Positions 1-14,735 of a stretch of DNA of 64,000 nucleotides are shown here, in pieces (the first letter of the stretch is position 1; each line of letters starts with the position of its first letter). The position numbers and the translations under genes were made by a program. The notes beneath the pieces are model-generated. The model was not told the DNA's origin. It ran no database searches and was given only the letters and a program-made list of their open reading frames with translations. Source of the stretch: Octopus sinensis (lineage: Eukaryota); assembly GCF_006345805.1 (NCBI RefSeq), contig NC_043005.1, forward strand, positions 108,128,001-108,192,000. The letters are read 5' to 3'.

Positions 1-840
1 CATCTTACTGCAATCATTTACTCTTGACGGCCTTGTTAAGAATTCGTGGGCACTGTCCTTTCTCCAGACTTGAAGATGAAAATAAAGTTGTCTCTTATTC
101 TTTGGCATTGGCTTGTCTCACACCATCTCCCCTCTGGTAATCCTAACCCAACTGATTCTCCTCTCCTCAGCCTCCATTTTGGGCTTAATTTCCAAATCTG
201 AGATGCTGCACTGACCACGATGTCCAGTCCTTCCTCCTTTCCTAGAATGTCTTCCTTTTGGAATTCCTTCCTTACCCATGATTTCCTTGAAGCCATCAAC
301 ATGCAGCTATGCAAAAAAAGTTGAACTACACCTGTTTCTTTGGTATAGAAGGGTCTATGAAACCCACGTCTGAACTCTTTCATCCAAAAAGCAATAAGTT
401 TGTTCGTTTAATAGTCTAATGTTCCATTTTACATACTAGCATGCATCAGATAGGAAAGTATTTGATGCACATAAGAAACACTTTATTACTCACTCCCTAC
501 AACAAAAAGCCAGCCTTTGTGATGCAGGTTTAGCAAAATTAAATACACAACAACATTATGAGAGATCTTCTGGGATTGTATGACTCGTATTTTTCTGAAA
601 TTGTGGGCTTTGATTTAATGTTTTTCAAGTGTCAGGTGGGTGCAGTACCTGAGTACTTCCTTGATATGTGGGTAGCTTCAACAGAGTTCTATTTGTTAGA
701 AACATTCAGACAAGTGTGGTAGATTGATAAAATTCCATTTTCGTCCCACCAGTCATTGAGACTCTGAGAATTGTAACAGACACTGGTCCCCTTCTGTTGA
801 TGATAGCATTAATAAAGAATGGTGAATTTTCCCTTGTTAT

Positions 841-1204
841 CATCATCACCATCATCATCGTTTAACGTCCGTTTTCCATGCTAGCATGGGTTGGACGGTT
901 CGACTGGGGTCTGGGAAGCCAGGAGGCTGCACCAGGCTCTAGTCTGATGTGGCAGTGTTTCTACAACTGGATGCCCTTCCTAACGCCAACCACTCCGAGA
1001 GTGTAGTGGGTGCTTTTTACGTCCCACTGGCACAGGTGCTAAGGGAGGTGGCAACAACCACGATCGGTTGATGGTTTTTATATGCCACCAACACGGAAGC
1101 CAGTCAAGGCGGCACTGGCATCGGCCATGTACGGATGGTGCTTTTTACGTGCCACCGGCACAGGTGCCAGGGTAGGCTGGCAATGGCCACGAACGGTTGG
1201 TGCC
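841..1204 (-). mobile_element. 5'-truncated RTE-clade LINE 3' UTR with (ATG)n tail
   Basis: Minus strand reads GGCACGTAAAAAGCAC subrepeats, TTAGGAAGGGCATCCAG, GCTAGCATGGAAAACGGACGTTAAACGATGATG. The same UTR follows an RTE-like C-terminus at 56170-56537 and 62518-62910. Confidence 0.7.
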
Positions 1205-2060
1205 AGAAATTGCTCATATAACTTTCTATGATGTTTTTGAATTCTCTTTCCTTGGAAATGATGCAAAACTGGATCAAGTATACAAATTTCTTGATTCAGA
1301 AGTCCTACAATCAAAGGCATTCCATCTGTGACCATTACATATATTTTGTAAACTTATAACTATGTGGTCTAATGTGTCCTTCTTTAGGATATCATTTCAA
1401 ACTTATTAGTATACTGCTATTTATAGCAGATCAAGAAACACTGTATAGAAACTCTGTTGTGAGTCCTTAGTTTCCTCTTGGCAGTTGTATCTACTTAATG
1501 CAACTTTACAAACTCTTAGTTCCCTTTAAATCACGGAAAGGGATGAATGTCATTGAATTTCATGTATTCTCACTTCTTCTATAAATCTGAAATCCTTTTG
1601 ATATTGTTAGCACTGAATTAATAAATTTTAAAGCAAGAGAGCACCTACAACAACAGCAAAAACAACAAAAGCAACAAAAACAACAAAATAATAATAATGA
1701 TAATAATAATAATGATAATAATAATAATGATAACTTGAATCGTTCTGAGAAGTAAAACGTTATATACTCCTCTTCTCACAAAATATCCTTGTTCCTCGCC
1801 AAAAGATAATAATAAAAAGTTGCAGAAACACACCAACAAATTGTATAAAAGAAGAAGAATAAAACAAAAGTAAAGAATGTAATGGAAGAAGAAGAAAATG
1901 GTAAAGTGTAAAACAAAGGAATGTGCTTGAAGAAACCATGAACAGACACAAGGAAAAGACATAGACCGAAGAACAAAGAACTCATGAAAGAAAAGGTTTA
2001 AGATAGAACGGAGAACAAATGAATTCTCAATGAATTGTGATATTGGTTATAATGAAACAT

Positions 2061-2489
2061 TTAAAGGAATGGTGAATATTGTGCACACAAAAAATTCTCT
2101 ATATATTTAGATAAAAAAAAAAATTGCTTATACATACGTGTGTTCATATATGTATACATGCACACACACATGTATATATATAAATATATATATATATATG
2201 TATGTATTTTATATTCATTATATATGTACAGATATTCATTATATATATATATATATATATATATAAATATGTATATGCATATATATATATACACATACAC
2301 ACACATAACATAAATATACAAATATATACATACAAACATACATACATGCATATGTGTGTGTGTGTGTGTGTGTGCATGTATGCATGTGTATATAGATATC
2401 TAGATATATATGTGTATACATATACATACATACATACATATATATTATATATATATATATATATTCACATATACATATATATGTATACG

Positions 2490-2533
<44 letters not shown>

Positions 2534-2977
2534 GAGAAGAGAATATTGAAAAGAAAATACAGAAATTGTCCAGATAAATTTGTGGTGAACAAAATTTCTA
2601 TATTCTAATTCCGCAGCTTTGAAAACTCTTTGAGATGCTAATATTACCTTACTGCTCTTTATTTTGTTCCCCTTTACTTACTGTACTTTTTCATGCTTTT
2701 TTTTTGTTCCTTTGTTTGTTTTTCAGTAGATTTTCTCTTCTGTATTCCATATTCAGTAATTTTATTTTCCTCCTCAGATGACATGGCATAACTATTTGAC
2801 TAAATAGATAAATAAATTGATACACAGATGTGTATGCATGGATATGCATACATACATACATACATACATACATACATACATACATACATACATACATACA
2901 TACACATATATTTATATATATCTTTATGTATTTATTTGTGCATATATATATATGTATATATATATATGTGTGTGTGT

Positions 2978-3008
<31 letters not shown>

Positions 3009-3037
3009 TCATATGTATGTATATATGTATATATGTA

Positions 3038-3095
<58 letters not shown>

Positions 3096-3819
3096 CACAT
3101 TTGCACATGTACACACTTTATACATACTAAAATATTAGTTCTATGTTAGATTCCATTACATGCTTTAAAAAAACATTCTTGAAAAATGCAGTAAAAAATT
3201 TAAAAAAACAAACACAAATCATATCAAAATAACACAATTGCACAGATAGATCTGTATATACATACACACACAAACACATACATGCACACACACACACACA
3301 CATACACACACACATTCTGTCTGTCTCTCTTTCTCTTGGAAACTTACAAATCAACAAAAATGAAAACTAAACAAATGTAGGATGTGCCACCATCACCACC
3401 ACCACCACACACACGTAACACTTCCCACCAAAATATATAAATACAATAGCAATAGAATAACAACAACAACGACAACAACAACAATAATTTCTTCAGATTA
3501 TTATTATCATTAATGTTATTACAATTATATATTATTATTATTATTAATATTATTATTATTACAATGATCATCATTATTCTCATATATATATATATGTATG
3601 TATGTATGTATGTATATGGGTAAAGAGAGAGACAGATAGACTGATGCATAACAAATATACACCCACATTTATATGCACGCATATATATACATATGCAAAT
3701 ATATATATTATATAAACATAAAAATGTATATACATATATACATATATATACACACACACACGCACATATATATATATATGTACATACATTTATGCATAAA
3801 TGTACACACGCACACACAT

Positions 3820-3889
<70 letters not shown>

Positions 3890-3900
3890 CTATTATTAAT
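2061..3900. repeat. compound (TA)n/(CA)n/(TACA)n microsatellite field
   Basis: Directly visible. It is the source of the IY/VC/TH-rich spurious ORFs. Confidence 0.95.
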
Positions 3901-4759
3901 AATATTATTAGTATTTTATTTACTTTCCATTTTTTTAAAGCGTAACCCAACAAAATTATGCATTATATAGAGAACAAAAGTGGAACTAGTACCTACTGCT
4001 CGTAGGCAAAGTGCATTCTTACGCATGTGATATATGACTAATTGCATTTTTCTCATATCAGATTACATCAACTTGTCGCAGCCTCAAGTAAAATAGCTCT
4101 TTTCTTTCATGGCCAATATAATTGAATTGGTCACATTTTCTCTAACAATCAATTTTAAAAGATACCTACCTCTAATAACACCACTCACAATTTTACTCTT
4201 ATCATGAGAAACAGTTAGCTTATGTTCATTGCTGCCATTTTTCTCTCACTTTCATGTCTTTAAGATTTTTTTTTTATTTTCTATCGTTTACTTTTAACTT
4301 TTTAAGGGATTTTTTTTTGGGAATATATTTATGTATTTTTATATAGTTTTTTGTAATTTTTTCATGATTTTTATTTTTTACTTTTTTTATATTTAGTTTT
4401 TGTTCCTTAAATCCTTCTTTTATTCTCTCTTTCTCTCCCGCTCACTCTCTCTCTCTCTCTGGCTTTTTTGTTCTCACTTTCTTATTCTCTGTCTCTCTAA
4501 TTTTCTTGTTTCGTCATATCCTTTCTCCACATAACACTCTGTTGAAACACACACACACACACACACACATACACATGCATGCATGCACTTGTGCACACAT
4601 ATGTATATACATGTGTGTGTGTGTGTGTTCATCAATATCTTTGCGATACTCATGTATTCTGGTTGATCATTCATTTGAAAGTTACGGCATAACCAACTAT
4701 ATCTGTGTATATACTTACGAGTCTCTGTATATATATATGTATATATATATGTATATATG

Positions 4760-4813
<54 letters not shown>

Positions 4814-4823
4814 TATATTATAC

Positions 4824-4854
<31 letters not shown>

Positions 4855-4915
4855 CATATATATACATATATATATATATACATATATATACATATATATA
4901 CATATATATATGTAC

Positions 4916-4946
<31 letters not shown>

Positions 4947-4957
4947 CAGAGAGAGAG

Positions 4958-4997
<40 letters not shown>

Positions 4998-6109
4998 GTG
5001 TGTGATCTCCCTTGTACCATAACTCTATCCTCTTTCTGTCTGTCAGTCTGCCTTTGTCTCTCATCTTCAGTCTCTCTCTCTCTCTCTCTCTTCTTACTGT
5101 CCTTCTGCTGTCATTTTTATTCTTTCTCTCACTCTCTGTCTGTCTGTCTGTCCGTCCCTCTCTTCCCGTCTCTCTCTCTCTCTTTCTTTCCGTGTTCTTC
5201 ATCTATTTTTTTGTCTACCGATAGAAATCTTTGGACACTAAAATTACAAACAACTCCTCACTTGCCTAGCCATCACCATGACCACTACTGTGACAATGAC
5301 CAGTTTGTGCACCACCACCAACACCAACACCAACAACAACAACAACGAAGAAGTATATATAAACGACAGACTCATGTTGGCATTAGAATTGTCTGATAAT
5401 TTTTTTAAGAAACAAAAACAACAATAAAAAACACAAGGACAAAAGCAACAAATAATACTAACACTGACACAAACAAAACAGATAAATATTAAAGGTAGAA
5501 GAAAGAAAGAAAGAAAGAGAGAAAGACAATACATACATGCACACATACTTACGTATATACACACAAACACATATACATAAATATGTACACAGATATACTG
5601 ATAAAGGTAGCTGTACACAAATACACATGTGTATGTGTATGTGTACGTCTATTTGTATGTATTTGTGTGTCTGTATGGAGATATAGATAGATAAATAGAT
5701 AGATAGATAGGAAACTGAATAAAGCTATACATAAATAAGTATATATAAATATACATAGATATAGAAATAGATAGATGATAGATAACTGAATAAAACTATA
5801 AACAAATAGGTATATTATTAAATATATTATCAATTTGTCGAACTGCCATTTTTGGCTTCTCTCTGACAGATCTGACTGATATGTTTGGTAATGAGATTCC
5901 AGAAATGTTAGTCTTTTACCAAAACTAATTCTTAGATTATTTACATCATATTCATATTTCTGTTATTAATGTAGAAATTTCATGGTGTGTAAAGCAAGTG
6001 CCAGTGCTTAACTTGGCAGTAATTTCTTGATATGGGTTCAATCCACTGCAGAGCTGTATGTTTTGATTCTGTAATCAGATTATTCTCTGTTTGGTTTGTA
6101 TAGTGTGGT

Positions 6110-6454
6110 TGTTGTTACTGCTTGTTTGTTGAGCGTCCCATTTTTTATAGTGGGAGAAGTCCAAAACGTGGTCCTTTGCTATTCGTAAGACCCGCAGAAG
6201 AGAAAACAGGTCAACCCCCGACACCGAGAGCATCGACGGATGGATGAATGAGCATCCAGGTTCAGCGGTTGCGTAGGAAGTCGGGGACAAGAAATAGGAA
6301 GAAAGAGTGAGAGAAAGTTGGAGCGAAAGAGTACAACAGGGGTCGCCATCACCCCTCCCGGAGCATCGTGGAGCTTTAGGTGTTTTCGCTCAATAAACAC
6401 ACACAACGCCCGACCGCGAGTCCGCTACCCTAACCACTGGGCCATTGCGCCTCC
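6110..6454 (-). mobile_element. tRNA-headed SINE (OR-like head, tail type 1)
   Basis: Minus strand starts GGAGGCGCAATGGCCCAGTGGTTAGGGTAGCGGACTCGCGG (A-box-like). It shares head and GTTTATT.AGCGAAAACACCTAAAGCTC with 29669-29945. Confidence 0.75.
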
Positions 6455-6755
6455 TGTTGTTGTTGTTGTTGCTTAACCTATTTTGGGGTTAATGAAAGAA
6501 ATTTATGTTGAAATATTACAGTCATGGTCAATACCTCTTGCTTTTCAGACCGAGCATCTGGTCATGAAAGAAAGCAAAAACTTGCTAAAAGTGAAGAAAT
6601 AAAGAAGGGTACATGGTCTTCCAACGATTATTGCAAATATAATCTAGCTAGGATTGCTTTAATGATGACAGTCAATCTTACTGATACCAGTGGCATTAAA
6701 AAAAATGTACCCAAGCAATGAAAGAAACTCGTTGGTAAAAGGTAGAATGAACAAA

Positions 6756-7162
6756 GGCGGCGAGCTGGCAGAGACGTTAGCACACTGGGCGAAATGGATG
6801 GCTGTATTTCGTCTGCGTTACATTCTGAGTTCAAATTCCGCTGAGGTCGACTTTGCCTTTCATCCTTTCGGGGTCGATTAAATAAGTACCAGTTACGCAC
6901 TGGGGTCGATATAATCGACTTAATTCGTTTGTCTGTCCTTGTTTGTCTTCTCTGTATTTAGCCCCTTGTGGGTAGTAAAGAAATGGGTATTTCGTCTGTC
7001 GCTACGTTCTGAGATCAAATTCCGCCGAGGTCGACTTTGCCTTTCATCCTTCTGGGGTCGATAAATTAAATACCAGTTACGCACTGGGGTCGATGTAATC
7101 GGCTTAATCCGTTTGTCTGTCCTTGTTTGTTCCGCCCCTTGTAGATGGTAAAGAAATAGGTA
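6756..7162 (+). mobile_element. tRNA-headed SINE, dimeric (one head plus two ~183-bp bodies)
   Basis: Head GGCGGCGAGCTGGCAG; central GAGGTCGACTTTGCCTTTCATCCTTTCGGGGTCGAT occurs twice; second body starts near 6986. Confidence 0.85.
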
Positions 7163-7346
7163 TATACTATGTGATGTAAAACAAGTTTAGCAGTTACTTC
7201 TAGCTGATCAGGCAACTCTGCAGCAATAGTATTATAAAACGCACGTACAAGAGCGTGTTTAGTGCAACTTCTGTTTTGGCTGTTCTCGTTTTTTGCAGTT
7301 GTTTGTGTGGTTGTCATTGTTTATTGAAACTGAAGTTTCTTTTTAG

Positions 7347-7438
7347 TTCCAAAGGCGTGGGCCAATGTCTATCACCGAGGAGGCAAAATTAATCAAAAAC
7401 ACTGGTATCTAATATCCGCTGATGTCATTTGGAGCTTG
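7347..7438 (+). CDS. candidate internal exon (phase 1 to phase 0), xPKAWANVYHRGGKINQKHWYLISADVIWSL
   Basis: Acceptor TTTCTTTTTAG, donor TTG|GTATGT, only one open frame across 92 nt, non-repetitive. No homolog recognised. Confidence 0.3.
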
Positions 7439-8164
7439 GTATGTTTTACATACAAATTCTACATAAGAAGGCGATTTTTTCCTTGACAAAAATACTGCTA
7501 AATTACATTCATATTTGAGTCAGCTTGAATATGTAATAAATAAATATGCACATAATTATTTATATAACTGTTCGTTTTTGTGTATACTTCTATATAAAAC
7601 GTAATCAATTTTAGTTGAATGTTCGCTCAATATGTTTAAATGATGCATCATGTTTCATTTTGACAAGGATAAGGTTGGCAGCATCTTCGAAGATGACTTT
7701 CAGCTTAGTAACATTTGTGAACTTATAAAGCAGTTTTGTTGATTTGTATGATTTCCAAAGATTCTTATATTTTTTGTTATATCTTGTGTGAAGAGCAGAG
7801 TGATGTCAAACAGATTCTATTTAATAGTGAAAATCCCACAAAAATTTACTGTTAGGAGCAGATGCCTGTGTGAGCATGTGTGTGTGCGTATCATCATTGT
7901 CAGCATCATCCTCGTATACGTATATGCATTTTATTTTTTCATTCATTTTGCATTGGTTGCACTCTACCAACAGGGCTATGCATATGTGTGTGTATGTACG
8001 TGTGTGTAAAATAGTTTGTATAAATTATATGATGCACGAAAATCTTTAGAGCAGTGATTCTCAAACTATTCAAAAATATTTCACGTGCCGGTCCCCTTAC
8101 AGATTTTTTCGATGATTCACTGTCCCCTATAAAATACAGGATAATTAACATGGAAAAAATGACA

Positions 8165-9039
8165 TATGAGGTCAGATCAATAAGTATCCGGACTGTTGTC
8201 ATAGTAACGAAGCCAAAGAACGCAGAGTTAAGCCGCTTGGCGAAGATTGACCTTAAACTCTGTTGTGCCTGTGCACTAAGTTTTAACGTTCTAGATTACT
8301 TTCACCGTTAACAGCATTGCTTGGGAGGAAGGTGTGTAGCGTGTGATCGTCGCATTGACCATGACAGAAAACGTTGTCATGGCGATAACATACCTGCTCA
8401 GAAACTTACGCAATGTTGCAGAAAGTGTATGGAGACGGGTGTATGAGTCACACATAGGTGAACGAGTGTTTCAGACGTTTTTAAGATGCCGTACAAATGT
8501 TGATACTGACGAACGTTCTGAGAGACCCGCAACCAGTAGAACCGAGAAAAACTTCATAGATGTGTGTGCAGCTGTGAGACGAAATCTTAGAATCACCATC
8601 CTTGAGTAATCAGAGGATGTGCAGATTAATAACGGTTCGGTTCTGTCCATTGTCACAGAAGATTTGAGTATGAGACGCATGTCTACCACATTTGTGCTAA
8701 AACTGCTTTCAGCTGACCCAAAAGTCATCCGGGTTTCAGTTTCACAGGATGTCCTTCATTGTATCGAGAGCAATGAACATTTTTTGAAAACTTTGCGTAG
8801 GCCTCTGAGCAGGTATCGCTAAGCTTTTGGCTAAATTCTATGCAGATTCTCCGCTCAGCTTTCTCTCTCATGGTCAATGCGATGAGCACATGCTACACAC
8901 ATTCCTTCCGTGCGCTGCTGTAAACAGCGGAAGTGAGTTAGAACGTTAAAACTTAGTGCGCATGGACATCAGAGTTTAAGATCAATCTGTACAAAGCAGC
9001 TTCACTCTTCTTCCGGATACTTATGAATCAGACCACGTA
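8165..9039 (+). mobile_element. mariner non-autonomous derivative with ~245-bp inverted ends
   Basis: TA flanks; 26-bp TIRs TGAGGTCAGATCAATAAGTATCCGGA / TCCGGATACTTATGAATCAGACCACG. Degenerate HTH region and FVLKLL (WVPHEL equivalent). 8793-9037 is an inverted copy of the 5' end. Confidence 0.85.
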
Positions 9040-9683
9040 ATTTCGTGCACCGTATTTTCCAAACTATGACCCCATACTGCCAATAAACCCGCAACCCCGA
9101 AAATAATAACTTAATCCACGCAATAAAGCATTAGGATACAATAAATACACATGCAAACATGGAGATTCGGTTGATCAATTAGTTAGAAAGCAAATGGGAA
9201 ACGAAAACAGTCCGAAAATATCCAGAGCATCCTGTATTAACAACTGCGGAGACCCATTTATAACCGTTTGGCAGAGAGAAACTGTAAGTCATACACCGAA
9301 CATTACAGAGGTTTCCGAGCTTTTGGCAACACTTTCCCCTTTTCACCATGTTTTGAGATGCTATTCCTTCCCATTGCCATGAACTTTCCTCATATTGATT
9401 ATCCAAGAGGTGCATGTCAATCAATTTAGCTATTTTCACCAGAAGAATTCTAATAGCATCCTAAAATGTACAGAAGTTTCTACTAATTGAGCCACCAGTA
9501 TGCACGGAAACCCACAATTTGAGTAGAAACACCGTCTTCTCCTCCTCCCCTGAAGGTTTGTCCTCCCTTTTCCTGAATTCCTGATACATAACATGACATA
9601 AAAATTATATGAGAAATTATTTACTCACAAAAGCAGACCATATGTCATTTTATTTACAGCAATGTTCAGTGTTATGGATGTAC

Positions 9684-9914
9684 CTACTTTGCAGTAACAA
9701 GCTCGTCTATGTTCTGTTTTGTTTTGGAGAGGGCAACCCTCATTTCTAGTGTGATATCCAGTCGATCTCGTGATTTAGTTTTGATGGCAAGGGGAGTGGA
9801 AAACGCGATCTCACACTCATAGGTGGTTGGAGATGGCATCAGTACTTTAAGAGCCGTCTTTGCGACATCAGGATATGACCGTGCCATTTCAATCCAAAAG
9901 TCAGAACAGCACAT
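9684..9914 (-). pseudogene. hAT transposase C-terminal dimerisation domain fragment
   Basis: FWIEMARSYPDVAKTALKVLMPSPTTYECEIAFSTPLAIKTKSRDRLD fits the hAT consensus FW...YP.LA..AL..L.PF.TTY.CE..FS....KTK.RNRL. Confidence 0.9.
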
Positions 9915-10278
9915 TTCACGGAGAAAAAATGTACCTCCATATGTATGTGTGTATGTGGGTGTATGTGTATTGTACCTGTGTGCAAAATAGTTTGTATAAA
10001 TCAGATGATGCTCTTGAATTAAAGTATCTTCTGTAGGCAGATCGCTAACAAAGAGTACAGAAGGGTTCCTAATAAAGTGGCAGTGTTTGTCCTAGTCATG
10101 AAGATCAGAAAAATAAAGAGATATTAACATGTATTAACATGTATTAACATGTATTAACATGTGTTGTTTCACGAGTTCAACGATATCGTCATCGACTTGA
10201 AGCTCGTTTTCATCAATAAACATGTTTAGTTGAGGAAATGATGCAAAATTCCTTCTGTCCAACTTTTGGTGCCAAAGT

Positions 10279-10520
10279 TCAAGCTTCATTTTGAAAGCAG
10301 TTAGTTTTTTCATGAGAATTAAGCATGGTTATATGTTTCCTTTGCAGTGAAAGATTGGCGGCATTCACAGATTCTAATATGTCCGTCAAAAATCTCAAGC
10401 AGATCAGAAAACGAACGTCGGAGAATTTGGCGTGAAAATCTGGTTTGGCATCTTGTAAAATATCGTGGACTTCTTTTTGTAGAAGGAAGACATTCTTTAT
10501 TGTTTTTCGTCTGTCTATAC
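10279..10520 (-). pseudogene. hAT (Buster-like) transposase central fragment
   Basis: KNVFLLQKEVHDILQD...FLICLRFLTDILESVNAANLSLQRK fits the L.FL.DIF..LN.LNLSLQG pattern. Confidence 0.8.
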
Positions 10521-10789
10521 AAACACACACACACTCAGACATTGCTATTATGTTAAACTGTTGTATGTCCAAATTTGGCCAAATGCGTCTTTTTTCAATA
10601 TTTATTTTTGCCTGCAATAGCTGGTTCTTTTGGTCAAACTATTGTATCTCCAGCTGCTTCCGATGCCAAGATATCAAAAATTGCCAAAGTTTAGTACAAT
10701 GGTTTTGTTATGGAATGGTGAAACTATTTTTTTCGTTTTCTGAAAAAGCAAAATTTTGGACTTGCGACACTTGCATAATATCAACAACA

Positions 10790-11106
10790 TATATGTGTGC
10801 CTGTGTGTGGCTCTTTGTCTCTGTGTGTGGCTCTTTGTCTCTGTGTGTGGCACTTTGTCTGTGTGTGTGGTATTTTGTCTCTGTGTGTGGAACTTTGGGT
10901 CTGTGTTTGTCCCTCACCATTGCATGCTTGACAAATAGTGTTGGTGCGTTTATGTCTTTACAACTTAGCAGTTTGGCAATAGAGACTGATACATTTAAAA
11001 AAAACAGTCCTGAGGTTGATTTGATTGACGGTAACCCTCCAATATAGTGCTCCAGCATGGTGCAGTCAAATGATTGATTCAAGGAAGGGATAAAAGATAA
11101 AAGATA
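10790..11106 (+). mobile_element. 3' half of abundant SINE (OK-like) with expanded 20-bp internal tandem repeat
   Basis: About six copies of GTGTGTGGCTCTTTGTCTCT, then GCTTGACAA...GTGCTCCAGCATGG.GCAGTCAAATGA.TGA and a (TAAAAGA)n tail. Confidence 0.7.
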
Positions 11107-12428
11107 GGTGAAAAAAAAATGCTTCCATGTTCTTAGTGAATATGTGTATATGAATTTATACATACACACCATGCTGTCATTATGATTAAAGTAATAATGG
11201 TTGTGGTGGTGGTGGTGATGCAATAATGTTCCATATTGTCAGTTTCTATCACATACTCCTGTTTTTAATAATGCTGATTCTTGGTGTCAACATTTCCCTT
11301 GTAAATTATATCAGATCAATATTTTTTCCTGCCTTGATTTATTTTTTTACATTTATAATTTTTAGTACTGCTTTTTTTTTTGTAACTAAAGAAAAAAAAT
11401 ATGGAACAATTTATATATTTATATTTCTGAATTTTATTGATTGCATTTATTTTTGCGATGCTTTTTTTAATTTTTTTTTTTTTTAGTATTGTTTACATAT
11501 TTTTCAAAGCAATGCACAATAATGTACTCCATTATTTCACAAAGCTATAACAACATCAGAAACAACAACAAGAACAGCAACAACAACAACAAAAAACAGG
11601 AAGAATGGTAGTAATAATAAGGATGATAAAAAAATATGAGATAAAATAATTAAAATAATACAACCCAAATTAGATTTATACAAAAATAAATTTAGGGAGC
11701 ACAATCGAAAGAATACCAAAGAAATAACACTTGAATATTTATAACAACAACAATAATAATATCAAGAGAAAAAGCAAAAGTAAAATTTCTAAGAAAAGAA
11801 ATGACAATGAAAATAATATCATTTAAAAAAAAAACAGCCCAATAATCATTGACATATTCTCTTCCTCACTGTCATAATCATCAATATCGTAATGAGATAA
11901 ATGGCAGTGTGATAAACGCTATCATAAGTGTAATAGTAATAAATGGAAATGTGTCATTATAAATATTTGATGTGGATAGACACAGGACCAGGGGTGCACA
12001 ACAAGATAATACTCACCTCTTTGTTTATATATAATTATTATTATTTTTATTTGTTTATTTATTTATTTATTTTTAGAGTTTACTAAAAAAAAATACCAGT
12101 AATTTTTTTCCTCAATATATATATTTATATTAAATACCAGTATTTTTTTTTCCTCAGTATATATATTTAGAAGTTTTGGATGAGCAATTTTATACTTGAT
12201 TATGTTTCCACTTCATTTCATTTCAAAAACAGGAAAAAAGAAATAGGTACGCATTCATAGATACATTTACACACAGAAGTACATAAACGCATATGCATAT
12301 ACATACATGCATGAATATGATAGAGAGATAGATGTAGATATAAGTATACATATATATATATACATACACACATACATCCAAACATACATACGTACATATA
12401 TATATCTATATCTATCTATCTATCTATC

Positions 12429-12462
<34 letters not shown>

Positions 12463-13023
12463 TATACATCTATAGATATATATATACATATATATATATG
12501 TATGTATGTATTTATATGTATGTATAAATATGTGTGAATGCATATGTGTATATATGCATATATGTGTGTGTATGTATATATATATATGTGTACATGTGTG
12601 TGTATGTGAGTGTGTGTATTAATAAAGATACAAATATATATTCGGTTATACACACAGAGGTACACATCCCCCCGTCACACATGAACCCACCCTCACACAT
12701 TCAGTCCCACCCTCACACATCCACCCCACCCTCACACATCCACCCTGCCCTCACACTCAGGTACAAACACATGAACACATGCACAGACAAACATAGACTT
12801 ATAGAAACATGTATGGAAATAGGTGTTGGTCACCATGTAAATTTATGCTTAATGTACAATACGATTGCATTCATAATTGATACTGATGAATGAATTTGGA
12901 AAAATATTGGAGGAAACTAGAAATATACAACAAGAATAAACAACATTATGAACAAATCAGTAAATCATAGAAATATATGAACCCACTGGAGAAAAACACA
13001 ATGGCATATATGTCTTCTGTACA

Positions 13024-13094
<71 letters not shown>

Positions 13095-13163
13095 GTATAT
13101 ATGTCATCCTTCTCTCTTTCTCTCTCTCTCTATATATATATATATGCATATATAAATGTATAC

Positions 13164-13208
<45 letters not shown>

Positions 13209-13387
13209 ATATATATAACATGTATATATATAACATATATATACATACATATGTATATATATATATAGAGAGAGAGAGGGGGGAGAGAGATGTTTGAACA
13301 TTAATAAAATATATATATAAAGTCATGTTTTTCGTTCTATTTTCCTGTTTGCATCATCAAACTATATGTGTATAAATAAATATATGC

Positions 13388-13436
<49 letters not shown>

Positions 13437-13952
13437 TGTGTGTGTGTGTGCCTGTATTGATGTATGTATGTAAGCATATATACTATGCTTTTATGTATGT
13501 ATGAACGCATATATATATATGTGTGTGTGTGTATGTGTGTAGTCATTTATGTTTATGTGTGGTTTATGCTTATAGATATGTGTACATATGTATGTATTTG
13601 CATATATCTATGCATGCTTGCATGGAAGAGTGTGTTCATGTTCGTACATACAAGGAACTTGTCGAATTAATGGTCATGAAATATTTCATTCTGATGCGAT
13701 AAATTATACATATTGAAAGAAATGAGGATCACAGTATTGCAGCCTTATGATGATATTGATGAATATATTGATGATGTTTGTGAGGGGGTGGGGTGGGGGT
13801 GGGATCGACGGTGATAATAATGATTGTGATGTTGCCAAAGAGTGTGACTACAACAATGGCAACAATATTGAAAACAACAACAACGACAATAACAAAGCAA
13901 CAACGACATCCATAAGAATAACAAATACTTAGGCTCTAGATAATGGCGGTGA

Positions 13953-13986
<34 letters not shown>

Positions 13987-14276
13987 GGTGGTGGTGGTGG
14001 TGGTGATGATGATGATGATGGTTGTGGTGGCACAGTGGAGATGGTGGTGGTGGAGGGATTGTGATGCTGGAGATAAAATATACATAACTCCTGAAATATA
14101 ACACACCTGTCATAAATAATTCAATGTGCAAATTCAAATACACGTACATTTTTTATAGGTTTGAACAAATGTGCTTCTGTGCGTCCGTGTGTATGCGTGT
14201 GTGCATGTATACATGTAAATATATATACATATATACATACACATATATCTACATACATATATATGTGTTTGTATAT

Positions 14277-14352
<76 letters not shown>

Positions 14353-14704
14353 GTATATATATGTGTGTGTGTATATATATATGTATGTATAAATATATAT
14401 TATATACATATATATGCATATGTATATATACATATATATATACACACACATCTTAATCTATCTGCTTATGTGTCTGTATTAGTGTGTGTATGTGTAGTGC
14501 ATGTTTGTGATCATAAATGTATATAGCAACATTTCAATTTCTGTGCAAAAATATACCAACTTCTTTTACCCTCTTTTTCCCAGATCTATACACACATAGC
14601 CCCATACAGACCGACATAAACCACAGTGAGAAAAAAGGATGATACAAAAAACATGAAAAAATAACATAAAAAAATATTGGTAATTTACTGTCTAAATATA
14701 AATA

Positions 14705-14735
<31 letters not shown>

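Larger units (their letters stand above)
8052..10520 (-). mobile_element. Buster/Charlie-type hAT transposon remnant with a nested mariner
   Basis: TIR-like CAGTGATTCTCAAACT at 8052, preceded by CTTTAGAG (fits nnnTAnnn). Minus-strand transposase fragments at 9684-9914 and 10279-10520. The second TIR was not found. Confidence 0.65.

Noticed and set aside
36-383. 115-aa minus-strand ORF; another frame has a faint Gly-X-Y look (GKEGIP...GRTGHRGQ)
   Set aside because: The triplet register breaks twice, there is no convincing splice pair, and no family motif was recognised.
2061-5202. Many 60-300 aa ORFs rich in IY, VC, TH and SL dipeptides (also at 12-14, 34-37, 46 and 57 kb)
   Set aside because: They are translations of dinucleotide and tetranucleotide microsatellites that lack stops in some frames.
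5278-5427. Short ORF MTTT...[25 protein letters not shown], and an overlapping poly-H/Q frame
   Set aside because: Under 50 codons, driven by CAC/AAC repeats, with no clear splice context.
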